Source: Candidatus Latescibacterota bacterium (GTDB lineage Bacteria; Latescibacterota; UBA2968). Taken from it: DNA of 64,000 nt. Below the pieces are notes generated by a model, which saw only the letters and a list, made by a program, of their open reading frames with translations, was not told the DNA's origin and made no database searches. Location: NCBI GenBank assembly GCA_965198115.1, contig OZ240241.1, positions 6,688,001 through 6,752,000 of the forward strand, written 5' to 3'. The position numbers and the translations under genes were made by a program. Shown one piece after another: positions 28,932-38,854 of this stretch; the stretch's first letter is position 1, and each line of letters opens with the position of its first letter.

Positions 28932-29467
28932 GGATTCACGTAACCTTTTACCGCCTTCCTTTCGATCAGGCGATACAAGGCGACCTGCTCGTCGTGATTG
29001 AACGGAAAGGCGCGTTCACCATATAGGGCCTCGATCTCCTTACAGGTTTCCTTGACACGATCTGACAGTTCGAGTGGATAGCCCATAACCTCTCTGTTCT
29101 GCTCGTACTCTTCCTCGTCCAGCCGCTCCAGGCGGCCATCTAGGTGAATGCGATAGTCGAGATCCAGGTCGACCCATTCAAGGCCGTTCTCTGTCATTCG
29201 TGTCGGCGTGGAGAGATGCGCATACGCTCGATTGATGTTCAGGTTCTGCTCACAGATGTGCCAGACGACATACCATCGTGCTTTGAAATAAAGACCGAGG
29301 ATGCCGTCACTCACCTCCGCGTGTGACCGATGGCGATGGTCGTAGTTGTCCGTCCCTGGTGGTGTGTAGACGACCCAACCCTCCTCGTCTTCGCGACAAA
29401 GGAAGCTCTCGCATCGGTCACGCAGGGTGCCGTCGTACTTTTTCGAGATGATCTGGACCTTCGTCAC
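28928..29467 (-). CDS. DUF402 domain protein
   Basis: Motifs KYDG, YAHLSTP, WVDLDLD, LDEEEY, MGYP. Confidence 0.8.
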   Translation of the reverse strand: MTKVQIISKKYDGTLRDRCESFLCREDEEGWVVYTPPGTDNYDHRHRSHAEVSDGILGLYFKARWYVVWHICEQNLNINRAYAHLSTPTRMTENGLEWVDLDLDYRIHLDGRLERLDEEEYEQNREVMGYPLELSDRVKETCKEIEALYGERAFPFNHDEQVALYRLIERKAVKGYVNP

Positions 29468-30168
29468 GTGCGTTCAGCCATTCTTACATTTTTCTTCCAG
29501 AAGTTGCCGACGAAAGTCCAGCGTTCACGACCGTCCGAATTGCTGCCGCCGTGGAGAATCTTCGCGTGGCGGAAGAGAACGTCACCGGGTTGAAGCGTGA
29601 TCCTGACCATCCCTGGCATGGGAGATTTCCTTTCCGATCTGATTCGCTCTTCGTGGTCTAGCAGGGGTCGATCGTGCGACGCGGGCAACAGCCTGTGGCA
29701 GTTGTCATGCGGTTTGAGCGGTGTCTGGAAACAGCAGCTCCGTCCGACATCGAGCGCCAGAGCTTCCACCGTATACGGACCTTTGGATCGGCCACCGCCA
29801 TCCCGATGCCAACCCCACCCGGGGCTCGGGTCGCTGTCCTGGCCGGCAAAGAGCATGCTGAGTTTCGTACAGGTTACCTTTCCATCCAATAGAAATTCGA
29901 CTCTGGGCACAATGTCCGTTTCCAGCCACTCCACAAAGTAAGGATCGTGGCTCTTGTATTTGGAATGGGGGTCCAGAAATCCGCGGACGTGTGACTTGGG
30001 AATCGTCTGCTCCGCGTCGGCCCACTTGATCCTGGTTTTTCCTCGACGGGCGTCCGAGATCATGGACCGGATGATCTCACTCAACTTCCTGACCGTTTCC
30101 GATGGCAGGATTTGACGAAGTACCAGATAACCCTGCTCGTGGAAAAGCTGCCTGTGTTCAGGTGTCAC
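29464..30168 (-). CDS. Phytanoyl-CoA dioxygenase (PhyH) family protein
   Basis: Motifs FHEQGYLVL, GWHRD (HxD), LPASH, PGDVLF..ILHGG; GTG start with GGAG RBS. Confidence 0.85.
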   Translation of the reverse strand: MTPEHRQLFHEQGYLVLRQILPSETVRKLSEIIRSMISDARRGKTRIKWADAEQTIPKSHVRGFLDPHSKYKSHDPYFVEWLETDIVPRVEFLLDGKVTCTKLSMLFAGQDSDPSPGWGWHRDGGGRSKGPYTVEALALDVGRSCCFQTPLKPHDNCHRLLPASHDRPLLDHEERIRSERKSPMPGMVRITLQPGDVLFRHAKILHGGSNSDGRERWTFVGNFWKKNVRMAERT

Positions 30169-30322
30169 ATTACTGTCTCCGTTGCGAACCGTCGGGTGCT
30201 GGTTCTGGAGACTACCCCGGGTGGTTGGAGGTTTTAGACAACTGTGACTCACCTTGTCTCTACAACTCAAACGTGGGATCATTGCGAAGTAGCGACTGAC
30301 AGGCTACGCAAAGGGAGCTTAA

Positions 30323-30879
30323 ATGGATTCGACGAAAGCGGATCAGCCCCTTCTCTTCAGGGCGGGAAAGAAACTGACGGCGACTGCCATTGCAGACCCG
30401 TCGATTACGATCGTCGAGGTGGGAAGAACGCTCGGATTCCTCATTGCCGAATCTATGAGACCGGGTCTGTTGTCGCGAAACTCCACCTGGAAAACGTGAG
30501 TTGGATCCGTCGCGATAGGAAGCGATCGTGGCTGGGCCGACAGCGCCGAAAACAGAGACTGCGATATCGAGCGTTCGGAGCCGTCTCTTTGTATCGTCAC
30601 GATTCGGGCGTCTTCGTGGCACAGGACGCTGCATCGGGAAAGGTCCTCCCGTTTCCGAGTTCCGAGCCCTATGCGGTGACTTTCATCAGCAAAGATGAAT
30701 ACGACGAGCTCTACGGAAAAATTCAACGTGAGGCCGTCGATGAACTCCTGCAATCCTTGAGACAAGCAGCCAACGAAATCTCCGCGTTCTCCTTCGTCGG
30801 GGATACGCTGACGGGTCCGCCCAATTATGCCTGCTTCACGCCGGAGGAATTGGAAGAGGCCATCCTGCACGTAGAATAA
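30323..30879 (+). pseudogene. Hypothetical gene, probably frameshifted near 30480
   Basis: ATG 30323 has an AGGGAG RBS but that frame closes early; a protein-like tail in another frame runs to TAA 30879. Confidence 0.4.
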
Positions 30880-30896
30880 CCTCCGCGAAACGCCGA

Positions 30897-31493
30897 TTAT
30901 CTCCTGGATAGGGGGGATGGTTGCGGATGTTGTCGTCCAATCTCAACCGGCGATCTGCACGGACTTTTCCTGAATCGCGCCGTGACAGCCTGATAGGCGA
31001 GAAGTGTGATCAAGTCCTTCGCCAGCTCGACCCGATCGCGGAGGTCGTCGAGTTCTTCGTGTGTGAAATCCAGTCGGGGCAAGAATTCGACGTAGTTGGC
31101 GATTTGCATTTCGATGAGATCGCGGATGAGTTCGGGTGTGACTTCGACTTGCAGGTTGCTGATTCGATTGTAGAGTGAGGGTCTAGGATCGCCGATAAGC
31201 TCGAAAAACGTCCTTCGCCTGGTTACGCAGAACAGGAACGCCAACTGCTCGGCTTCTTCCCCAATGACATGACGAATTTTCTCCCTGTCCTCGAACGACA
31301 CGGACTCCGTCCGATACGACTCTGTCCCGTAGATACTGTGGAATAGGCCTGCGAGGCAAACGTGACTCACGTTTCCCCAGGATTCGAGGAGATCGTGGGT
31401 CCCGCGAAGGTGATCAAGGAGAGCGGCGCCGCTATGTGGGTTCGTGTCCGTGTACAGATCGGCGAGGAGATCCAGATGTTCCTGTTTGATCAT
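30897..31493 (-). CDS. DUF6817-like (HD-fold) protein
   Basis: HSGAALLDHLRGTHDLLESWG..CLAGLFHSIYGTE. Confidence 0.75.
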   Translation of the reverse strand: MIKQEHLDLLADLYTDTNPHSGAALLDHLRGTHDLLESWGNVSHVCLAGLFHSIYGTESYRTESVSFEDREKIRHVIGEEAEQLAFLFCVTRRRTFFELIGDPRPSLYNRISNLQVEVTPELIRDLIEMQIANYVEFLPRLDFTHEELDDLRDRVELAKDLITLLAYQAVTARFRKSPCRSPVEIGRQHPQPSPLSRR

Positions 31494-31517
31494 TGGTTCC
31501 TTGTGGTGTTCGACTCA

Positions 31518-31795
31518 TCAGTTAGGTTCACAGTTCTGCCGATCGTAATTTCTGACTGCCATACCTTGAATTTGTTTGAACCCGAGCTTTGCGTAGAATC
31601 CAGACACGTCGTCGTCACACACGAGATCGATCATATACAGATTCTCGAGCGTCGTGACCATCCGCCTGACAAGCTCCGAGCCGATGCCTTTTCCCTGCCA
31701 TTCTGGGAGTACTTCGAGGTGTGTGATGTAGGCACACGAGACACCATCGGTGATTGCGCTGATCCGACCGACAACACGATCGGTGGCTTGTAGTA
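31518..31795 (-). pseudogene. GNAT acetyltransferase, 5'-truncated
   Basis: RVVGRISAITDG..LEVLPEWQGKGIGSELV..FYAKLGF; upstream codons do not resemble a GNAT N-terminus. Confidence 0.6.
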
Positions 31796-31989
31796 ATCTG
31801 CCCAGCATCGTCGTCCACTTCGAGAAGCCAGGTGGCAAGGGCAGGACCTCTTCGATCATAGCCGACTTTTTTCCGATCGATCTAAAGAAAGAACTTGGGT
31901 AGCCTAAGTGCTTGCCGTGTGAAGGCCACCCAATAGACTTGCGTAGCCTGGGTCGAACTGTCGCTACAACGAGCATCTTGTACATACTA

Positions 31990-32020
31990 AGGAAGGGCGA
32001 CACCTGATGACGCCCTTCCT
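31990..32020 (-). terminator. Hairpin after the ankyrin gene
   Basis: 10-bp stem AGGAAGGGCG/CGCCCTTCCT with a weak T tail. Confidence 0.5.
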
Positions 32021-32696
32021 CATTCAGGCTCCAGTTTGAGCGTTTAACCCGACGTTCCCCCGTACTTTTGCAACAGATCGGCGATATCGCTATGATCCTT
32101 CCTTAACGCGATATCGAGTGGTGTTTCCTTGCGGAAGTTTCGGGGGTTCACGTTCTGAACACCGTTTTCAGGAGCCACGTTGTCAACTCGTGATGGCCGA
32201 ATTCGGCTGCGGCAAGAAGCCCGCGGTCGTCGAACTCTCCCCTCTCTTTAAGCGTCCGGGCAATCGCGACGTTTCCGCTCAGTGCCGCGTGGTAGAAAAG
32301 CGTGATGCCATGTGGTCCTCGTGAGGTCACGATCGAGGGATCTGCAGCAATCAAGGCACCCAGGACGGCATCTTCCCCCAGCATGGCCGCGCAGAAAATA
32401 TCCTTCCGTGCACCTTCTGACAGAAGGAATCGAGCGATGTCGGCCCGACCCATGTGGGAGGCACCCCCGAGTCCGGTTTCCCAGTCGCCATTGCCCCAAT
32501 CCCACGCAGCGTTCAGGAGCCCGGGTGTCTGCTCGAGCATGGTCTTCGTTCGTTCGAGATTTCCGTGGGCCACACGTACGAACTGGCTGACCGTGTCCGA
32601 ATCGATTCGTGGAGAAGGCTGAGCTTTTGCGCGATGCGGGGTTCCAGTGATCCCTGCAATAAGTGCGGAGCCTGTGACAGCCCCGTTTAAAATGAA

Positions 32697-34116
32697 GGCT
32701 CTATCCGGGTTTCTCAACGGTGAAACTATAGAATGACAAGGTCATAGATCGTTCCCTACGCTTGGTTGTGTGTGTAGGACAATCAAAGCGAAGGGGGTGC
32801 GACCTATGACCGGGAGCAGATTACTATCGAAACTGCTGAGATTCAAGGGGTTCCGTGTTGTCAGCTGGTGGTTTGAGGGGAGAAGCTGTTTCGTCATCGC
32901 CGTAAAGCCCCATAAGAATGGTTGTTGTTGTCCGGAGTGCGGCCGTCGAGGTAAAATCGTCCGCACAATGCCCCATCCGCGTCGGTGGCGTGACATTCCG
33001 GTGTGCGGGTGGAGGGTCTGGCTTCTCTACCATCCTCGGGAGATTCGGTGTCCTACCCACGGTCGTGTGGTCGAGGAGATTCCGTGGGCGGAGCGGTTCT
33101 CTCGGGTGACGTATCGCTTCGAGTATGCCATGCTGCGCTACTGCCAGACCATGACGCAGAAGGCGGCGTCCGAGTTGCTGCGCATCTCTGCCTCGACGCT
33201 GTCGGATCTCCTTCACCGATCCATCACGCGGCTTCGTGAAGGTCATCGTATCCGAGGGCTCAAAACCATCGGGATCGACGAGATCTCCTACGCCAAGCGT
33301 CACAGGTACGCCACGCTCGTTTACGATCTGGACCGCTCCTGCGTGGTGTGGGTTGGCCGCGGCAGGGCGCGTAAAACGATCGATCGGTTCTTCACAGAGG
33401 CTCTCAGTCCCTACCGGAGATCCAAGATCGAGTGGGCCTGCTGCGACATGAGCGAAGCTTACATCGGAGCCATCCAGGAACACTGTCCGAATGCCAAGCT
33501 GGTCCTCGATCGCTTTCACATCGTCAAGGCTCTCAATGCCGCCGTTGACGAGGTCCGTAAGGACCAGTGGCGTAAAGCTGCCCCGGATGAGCGCAAAGCC
33601 ATGAAGGGCCTCCGATGGCTCCTCTACCGGCACTCAGCGACACGCTCCAGAGGGGATACTCGGACACTCAAAGCACTGGAGAAGGCGAACTACCGAATCT
33701 ATAGAGCCTGGAGACTCAAGGACGAGTTCGAGCAGTTCTGGGAATACAAAGCGCCCTGGGCTGCCGAACGCTTCCTGAAATGCTGGACGACGTCCGCACT
33801 CAGAAGTCGACTTGAACCCCTGCGAAAGTTCGTCAGGACCCTGCGACAGCACTTCTTCGGCGTCCTCGCATTCGTGAACACGCGTCTTACCAACGCCATC
33901 GCCGAAGGCCTCAACCGAATCGTCCAAATCGTCAAGAACCGAGCCAGCGGATTCCGCACACTCGACGCATTCAACGATATGATCTTCCTTACCGTCGGAG
34001 ACATAAACATCCCTGAGCAGATTCCGAAGAGGTTCCGCACACTCTAACCGCGCCCCCATGCCAGGAACCACGGCACCTTCACCCACTTCATCTCGTTGAG
34101 AGATCCGGATATAGCC
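32697..34116 (+). mobile_element. ISL3 family insertion sequence (1420 bp)
   Basis: IRs GGCTCTATCCGGGTTTCTCAACG / GGCTATATCCGGATCTCTCAACG; 8-bp DR AAAATGAA at 32689-32696 and 34117-34124. Confidence 0.95.
32806..34047 (+). CDS. ISL3 family transposase
   Basis: Zn finger CPECG..CPTHG; motifs IGIDE, CDM, DRFH, TNAIAEGLN. Confidence 0.95.
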   Translation: MTGSRLLSKLLRFKGFRVVSWWFEGRSCFVIAVKPHKNGCCCPECGRRGKIVRTMPHPRRWRDIPVCGWRVWLLYHPREIRCPTHGRVVEEIPWAERFSRVTYRFEYAMLRYCQTMTQKAASELLRISASTLSDLLHRSITRLREGHRIRGLKTIGIDEISYAKRHRYATLVYDLDRSCVVWVGRGRARKTIDRFFTEALSPYRRSKIEWACCDMSEAYIGAIQEHCPNAKLVLDRFHIVKALNAAVDEVRKDQWRKAAPDERKAMKGLRWLLYRHSATRSRGDTRTLKALEKANYRIYRAWRLKDEFEQFWEYKAPWAAERFLKCWTTSALRSRLEPLRKFVRTLRQHFFGVLAFVNTRLTNAIAEGLNRIVQIVKNRASGFRTLDAFNDMIFLTVGDINIPEQIPKRFRTL

Positions 34117-34448
34117 AAAATGAAGTCTCTTCTGGAACCTTCGGTCGGCCCCGCGTGGTCTGGATGACTCGTTGTCATACCCATCTCCCTCGTTGTGGGT
34201 TGTCGTTGCGGGACTCCTCTTTTCCTGGGATTAGACGCACCAACCGTGGTGTTGTTGCGGAGTCGACATCGGAAACCGTGAACCAGGACCACGATCTAAC
34301 TTCCTGGATGTCAGATGCAGCAGGGGAAAGCGTGAGAAACTAAGTCGGGCCCCTGGATTCGTAGGAAGGTCTGATCTGGCTGGGCCCCGGCTGCCGAATA
34401 AACAGAAGGCGATCAGGCGATGGACGGAGAACGGCATCGGACCTCACT

Positions 34449-35726
34449 TCATATCACGATGGTCTCTTCCCGATCGGGGCCGACGGAGATGATGGAGTAG
34501 GGAACGCCTGAGAGTTCGGTGATGCGGTTGAGATAGCTCTGCGCGTTTCCGGGGAGATCGTCAAAAGAGCGAGCGTCTGTGGTGTCGGTCTGCCAGCCGG
34601 GCAGTGTTTCATAGACGGGCTCGCATTCTGCGAGCATGTTCAGATCGCCGGGAAAGTGGTCGATACGTTGACCATTCCGAGTGTAGTGCGTGCAGATCTT
34701 GATCTCTTCGATCTGATCGAGGATGTCGAGCCGGGTGACGGCGATGCTCGACAGACCGTTGACGCGAGCCGCCATGCGAACGATAACGAGGTCGAGCCAG
34801 CCGCAGCGGCGGGGGCGACCGGTCGTGGCGCCATACTCGTGACCGATGTCCCGAATGCGATCTCCCATCTCGTCGTGAAGCTCGGTCGGGAAGGGTCCGT
34901 TGCCGACGCGTGTCGTGTAGGCTTTGACAACACCGACGACTTCGTCGATCCGCGTGGGGCCGATCCCGGATCCGGTGCACGCGCCGCCCGCAGTGGTATT
35001 GGATGAGGTGACGTAGGGATACGATCCGTGGTCGACGTCGAGGAGCGTGCCCTGCGATCCCTCGAATAGAATACCCTTTCCGGCTTTGAGGGCTTCATCC
35101 AGGTAGACGGATGTGTCAATGACGTAGGGTCTCAGGCGCTCTCCGAAGGCGACATATTCTTCGATGATGGGGGCTTCGGGCAACGGCTCCGCACCGTAGA
35201 CTTTGGTGAGGATTTCGTTTTTCTCGGCGAGGTTGGCACGTACTTTCGATGAGAAGATGTCGGAATCGATGATATCCATGACCCGAATACCCGTCGAGCG
35301 ATTGATCTTGTCGTAATAGGTCGGACCGATGCCACGGAGCGTCGTTCCGATGGCGCCTTCGCCGATTTTTTCTTCGGTCGCTTTTTCGACGGCTTTGTGA
35401 TAGGGCATGACGATGTGGGTCCGTTCGCTCACGAACAGTCGGCCCTCGGTGCTGATGCCCTTTTCCTCGAGTTCGTCTATTTCCTGGAATAGCGCGCCCG
35501 GGTCGAGGACGACGCCATTCCCGACGACACACGTTTTGTCCGGATGAACGATACCGGCGGGGATCAGGTGGAATACGAACTCCAGGTCGCCGACTTTGAT
35601 GGTATGTCCCGCGTTTGCCCCCCCCTGAAAACGAACGACGACATCCGCTTCGGCCGTGAGATAGTCGACGATTTTCGCTTTTCCTTCATCGCCCCACTGG
35701 GCGCCTAGAACAATTCGAACTGACAT
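34449..35726 (-). CDS. purA: Adenylosuccinate synthetase
   Basis: Motifs GAQWGDEGKAK, GGANAGHT, GTTLRGIGP, GATTGRPRRCGWLD. Confidence 0.97.
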   Translation of the reverse strand: MSVRIVLGAQWGDEGKAKIVDYLTAEADVVVRFQGGANAGHTIKVGDLEFVFHLIPAGIVHPDKTCVVGNGVVLDPGALFQEIDELEEKGISTEGRLFVSERTHIVMPYHKAVEKATEEKIGEGAIGTTLRGIGPTYYDKINRSTGIRVMDIIDSDIFSSKVRANLAEKNEILTKVYGAEPLPEAPIIEEYVAFGERLRPYVIDTSVYLDEALKAGKGILFEGSQGTLLDVDHGSYPYVTSSNTTAGGACTGSGIGPTRIDEVVGVVKAYTTRVGNGPFPTELHDEMGDRIRDIGHEYGATTGRPRRCGWLDLVIVRMAARVNGLSSIAVTRLDILDQIEEIKICTHYTRNGQRIDHFPGDLNMLAECEPVYETLPGWQTDTTDARSFDDLPGNAQSYLNRITELSGVPYSIISVGPDREETIVI

Positions 35727-35820
35727 GGTTACTTCCTCTGTCTCGTTGAAGTGCCCTCGCCGTTGAGTTTCCATAACTTGGACGGGTGCAGGGGAGAGGG
35801 GGAGAACGGGGGATGTTTCT

Positions 35821-37401
35821 TCACAGCTCGACCTGTTTGGCCCAGAGCACGAGTGGATCGGCTTCGATCTTTTTCAGAACCTCTGGTGTGATGGGTTCGT
35901 CGACGTTGAAGACCATGATTGCGTCACCACCGCGGCTCTCACGACCGAGGGCCATGTCGGCGATGTTGATGTTCTGCTCCGCGAGCAGCGTGCCCATCCA
36001 ACCGACCACACCCGGTTCGTCCTTGTTGCAGCAGATGAGCATGTGCCCTTCGAGCTTTGCCTTGACCTCGTAGGCGTCGATGCTGATGAGGCGTGGATCG
36101 CGCTTGCCGAAGACGGTCGCGGTGACGGTGGTCGTTTCGGTCGAAGTTTCCGCCTGAACGGTGATGAGGTTGACGTAATCGGGCTGGCTGGTGCTTCGTC
36201 TTTCCTCGATCTGAACACCCCGCTTGCGTGCGAAAACGGGCGCGTTGACGTAGGTGACGGGCTCGTCCGACAGGCCAGACACGGCCCCTCTGAGGACGGC
36301 AGCGGTCATGGGGGACGTCGCGTGTTCAAGCACTTCGCCCTGGTAATCGATCGTCATCTTCTTGAGCGAGCCGTCGCTGAGCTGTGAGATCAGCGCACCG
36401 ACGCGATCTCCGAGGACCATGTAGGGCTGGATCGTTTCGAACACAGCGGGGTCGACGGCGGGCAGGTTGATGGCGCCCTGAACCGGGTTTCCGCTGAGCG
36501 CATCCAGGACGGAGGCCGCGATCTGACGCGCGACTTTCTCCTGCGCCTCGAGTGTGGACGCGCCGAGATGGGGTGTCGTGATGACCTCGTCGCGAAGGGC
36601 GAGTGGATAGTCCGGGGGTGGGGGCTCGTCCTCGAACACGTCCAGGGCGGCGCCGGCGACTTTGCCGGATTCGATTCCGCGAAGGAGGGCGGGTTCGTCG
36701 ATCAGGCCCCCACGGGCACAGTTGAGGATTCGGACGCCGTCCTTGCATCGGCCGATCGCGTCGTCGTCGATGAGGTGGTGTGTTTCCTTGATGAGCGGCG
36801 CGTGCAGGGTGATGTAGTCGGATTCGGCATAGATTTCGTCGTTCGATGCGAGCTGAATGTTGTTCTGCTCCGCCATTTCGGATGAGAAAACAGGGTCGAA
36901 GGCGAGGACGCGCATGCCAAAAGCCCGAGCACGCTGTGCCACCTGCAACCCGACCCGGCCGACTCCGATGATGCCGAGAACTTTCCCTTCGAGTTCTACG
37001 CCCGTGTAGGTTCGACGGTCCCATTTCCCCGACTTGATCGATGCCGTGGCCTGCGGAATGTTGCGTGACAGGGCCAGCATCATGGCGACGGTATGCTCGG
37101 CAGTGGAGATCGTGTTTCCATCCGGTGCGTTGAGGACGATGATGCCGCGTTCGGTGGCCGCGTCGATGTCGATGTTGTCGATACCTGCGCCGGCTCGACC
37201 GATTGCACGCAGGGCGATCCCGGCTTGGATAACCTCTCGCGTGACCTGCGTCGCGCTCCTGACGATCAGACCCTCGTATTCTCCGATGATAGACAGGAGC
37301 TCCGATTCGGACAGACCGGTCTTTTCGTCAACTTCGAGTCCGGCCACATTCAGGATGTCCTGCCAGCCATTGGCGAGTGAATCGGAGATCAAGATTTTCA
37401 T
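35821..37401 (-). CDS. serA: D-3-phosphoglycerate dehydrogenase (long form with ACT domain)
   Basis: Motifs GRAGAGIDNID, GVGRVG, NCARGGLIDE, TPHLGAST; C-terminal ACT NKDEPGVVG..NIA. Confidence 0.95.
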   Translation of the reverse strand: MKILISDSLANGWQDILNVAGLEVDEKTGLSESELLSIIGEYEGLIVRSATQVTREVIQAGIALRAIGRAGAGIDNIDIDAATERGIIVLNAPDGNTISTAEHTVAMMLALSRNIPQATASIKSGKWDRRTYTGVELEGKVLGIIGVGRVGLQVAQRARAFGMRVLAFDPVFSSEMAEQNNIQLASNDEIYAESDYITLHAPLIKETHHLIDDDAIGRCKDGVRILNCARGGLIDEPALLRGIESGKVAGAALDVFEDEPPPPDYPLALRDEVITTPHLGASTLEAQEKVARQIAASVLDALSGNPVQGAINLPAVDPAVFETIQPYMVLGDRVGALISQLSDGSLKKMTIDYQGEVLEHATSPMTAAVLRGAVSGLSDEPVTYVNAPVFARKRGVQIEERRSTSQPDYVNLITVQAETSTETTTVTATVFGKRDPRLISIDAYEVKAKLEGHMLICCNKDEPGVVGWMGTLLAEQNINIADMALGRESRGGDAIMVFNVDEPITPEVLKKIEADPLVLWAKQVEL

Positions 37402-37612
37402 TCTCTTCGAGAACCTCAAAAACTTGCCACTGAGATCACTGAGAACACGGAGGGGGCAGCAGAGCTACTTGGCATCCAGACCCTATCGGGGAGTCCGTTT
37501 GGTGATAGTCCAAAGCCGAGTTGTGACCAGCTGAACGGGCTCCGAGACTCATTAAACGAAATACACGGTCCGCTCGGCCACGTGCTCCGCACGGGGGCGA
37601 GGTTTCCGATTG

Positions 37613-38737
37613 CTAGGCTGCCAGCATCTCCTGCGCGGCAGATGTGCCGGCCCCACTCTGGATGGCGATACCCATTTCACTCAGGACGATCTCCAACGCG
37701 TACAGGGCATCGAGAAGGTCTGCGTCTTCGACATAGCCTAAGTTCGAGAGGCGAATGAGCTTTCCTCTCAGGTGAGCGAGTCCGCCACCCACGACGATCC
37801 CGTGTCGCGCTCGCAAGCGTTCCGTCAGTTCGAGCCCGTCGATGGATTCGGGGAGCGCGATTGCGGTGAGTACGTTCGACGGTATTTCGGCGAACAGATC
37901 GAGACCGATCTCGGTCGTGGCTTTGCGCACAGCTCCTGCCTGTCGTGCGTGACGCGTGCGGACATTCTCGATCCCTTCTTCGCCGATCATGTCGAGAGCG
38001 GCCCTGGCACCGACGAGTAAGGTAACGGGCAGCGTGAACGGACCGCGTCCTTCTTCGAGCGACTGCCGATACAGAGAGAGATCGAGATAATGTTTAGGCA
38101 GGTTCGACGTTGTCGCTGCTTCCCTGGCCTGTGACCCGAACGTGATGATGGCGAATCCGGGCGGAACCATCAGACCCTTCTGTGAGGCCGTGACGGCGAT
38201 GTCGACGTTCCAATTTTCAGTCGGCAGCGTGTGGGCACAGACACTGGAGACGCCGTCGACGATGAAGAGTGCGTCGGATTCAGCCACAATTTTTCCGAGG
38301 GTCCCGATGTCGTGCAACACACCTGTGGACGTTTCGGAGTGGGTTGTGAGAACAGCGCGCGCTTTCGGATTCGCATTCAGCGCATCCTCGACGGCCTCGG
38401 GATCGACTGCGGCGCCCCAGGGGGCTTCGACGGCAACGACGTGAATCCCGTAGGCTTCGCAGATCTTGTCCCAGCGCTCGCCAAAATTCCCCGCCCGGGC
38501 GACGATGACGGTGTCCCCCTCGGAAAGGGTGTTGACGACGGCGGCCTCCATTGCGCCTGTCCCGGAGGTCGCGAGCAGGAAAATCTCGTGCTCGGTCGGA
38601 AAAACAGGCTTGAGATCGTCGACCACGCTCGTGAGCAGCGCGGGAAAGTCGGGCCCCCGGTGATAGACGATCGGGCCAGCCATGGCTGCCTGGACACGTT
38701 CCGGAATGGGCGTTGGCCCGGGGACGAAGAGTTTCAT
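37613..38737 (-). CDS. Class V PLP aminotransferase (alanine-glyoxylate/serine-pyruvate type)
   Basis: Motifs PGPTP, SGTGAMEAA, HSETSTGV, TASQKG. Confidence 0.9.
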   Translation of the reverse strand: MKLFVPGPTPIPERVQAAMAGPIVYHRGPDFPALLTSVVDDLKPVFPTEHEIFLLATSGTGAMEAAVVNTLSEGDTVIVARAGNFGERWDKICEAYGIHVVAVEAPWGAAVDPEAVEDALNANPKARAVLTTHSETSTGVLHDIGTLGKIVAESDALFIVDGVSSVCAHTLPTENWNVDIAVTASQKGLMVPPGFAIITFGSQAREAATTSNLPKHYLDLSLYRQSLEEGRGPFTLPVTLLVGARAALDMIGEEGIENVRTRHARQAGAVRKATTEIGLDLFAEIPSNVLTAIALPESIDGLELTERLRARHGIVVGGGLAHLRGKLIRLSNLGYVEDADLLDALYALEIVLSEMGIAIQSGAGTSAAQEMLAA

Positions 38738-38854
38738 ATGAGCATTGAAAATAGAAAATAGAACATGTTAAGGTCGCGGCGTGTGTATTCTGGTAACGGA
38801 CCATCCTCAAGCTTTCCGCCGCGCCGCGTCAATGACACATGTTCAATACGCACA

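Larger units (their letters stand above)
32044..34178 (-). pseudogene. Tat-signal ankyrin repeat protein interrupted by ISL3 (plus a frameshift near 32168)
   Basis: Removing the IS and one DR restores MTTSHPDHAGPTEGSRRDFILNGAVTG..AKA/QP. Ankyrin motifs WETGLGGASHMG and HGITLFYHAA; the last repeat ETPLDIA..HSDIADLL is in a shifted frame. Confidence 0.8.

Noticed and set aside
31494-31530. attC site (ACCTAAC at the GNAT stop)
   Set aside because: Only 24 nt separate it from the next start, with no matching GTTRRRY stem; no intI was seen.
37420-37612. Riboswitch between the aminotransferase and serA
   Set aside because: Only a small hairpin and a nonamer repeat are present, with no glycine, ZTP, THF or SAM consensus recognisable.
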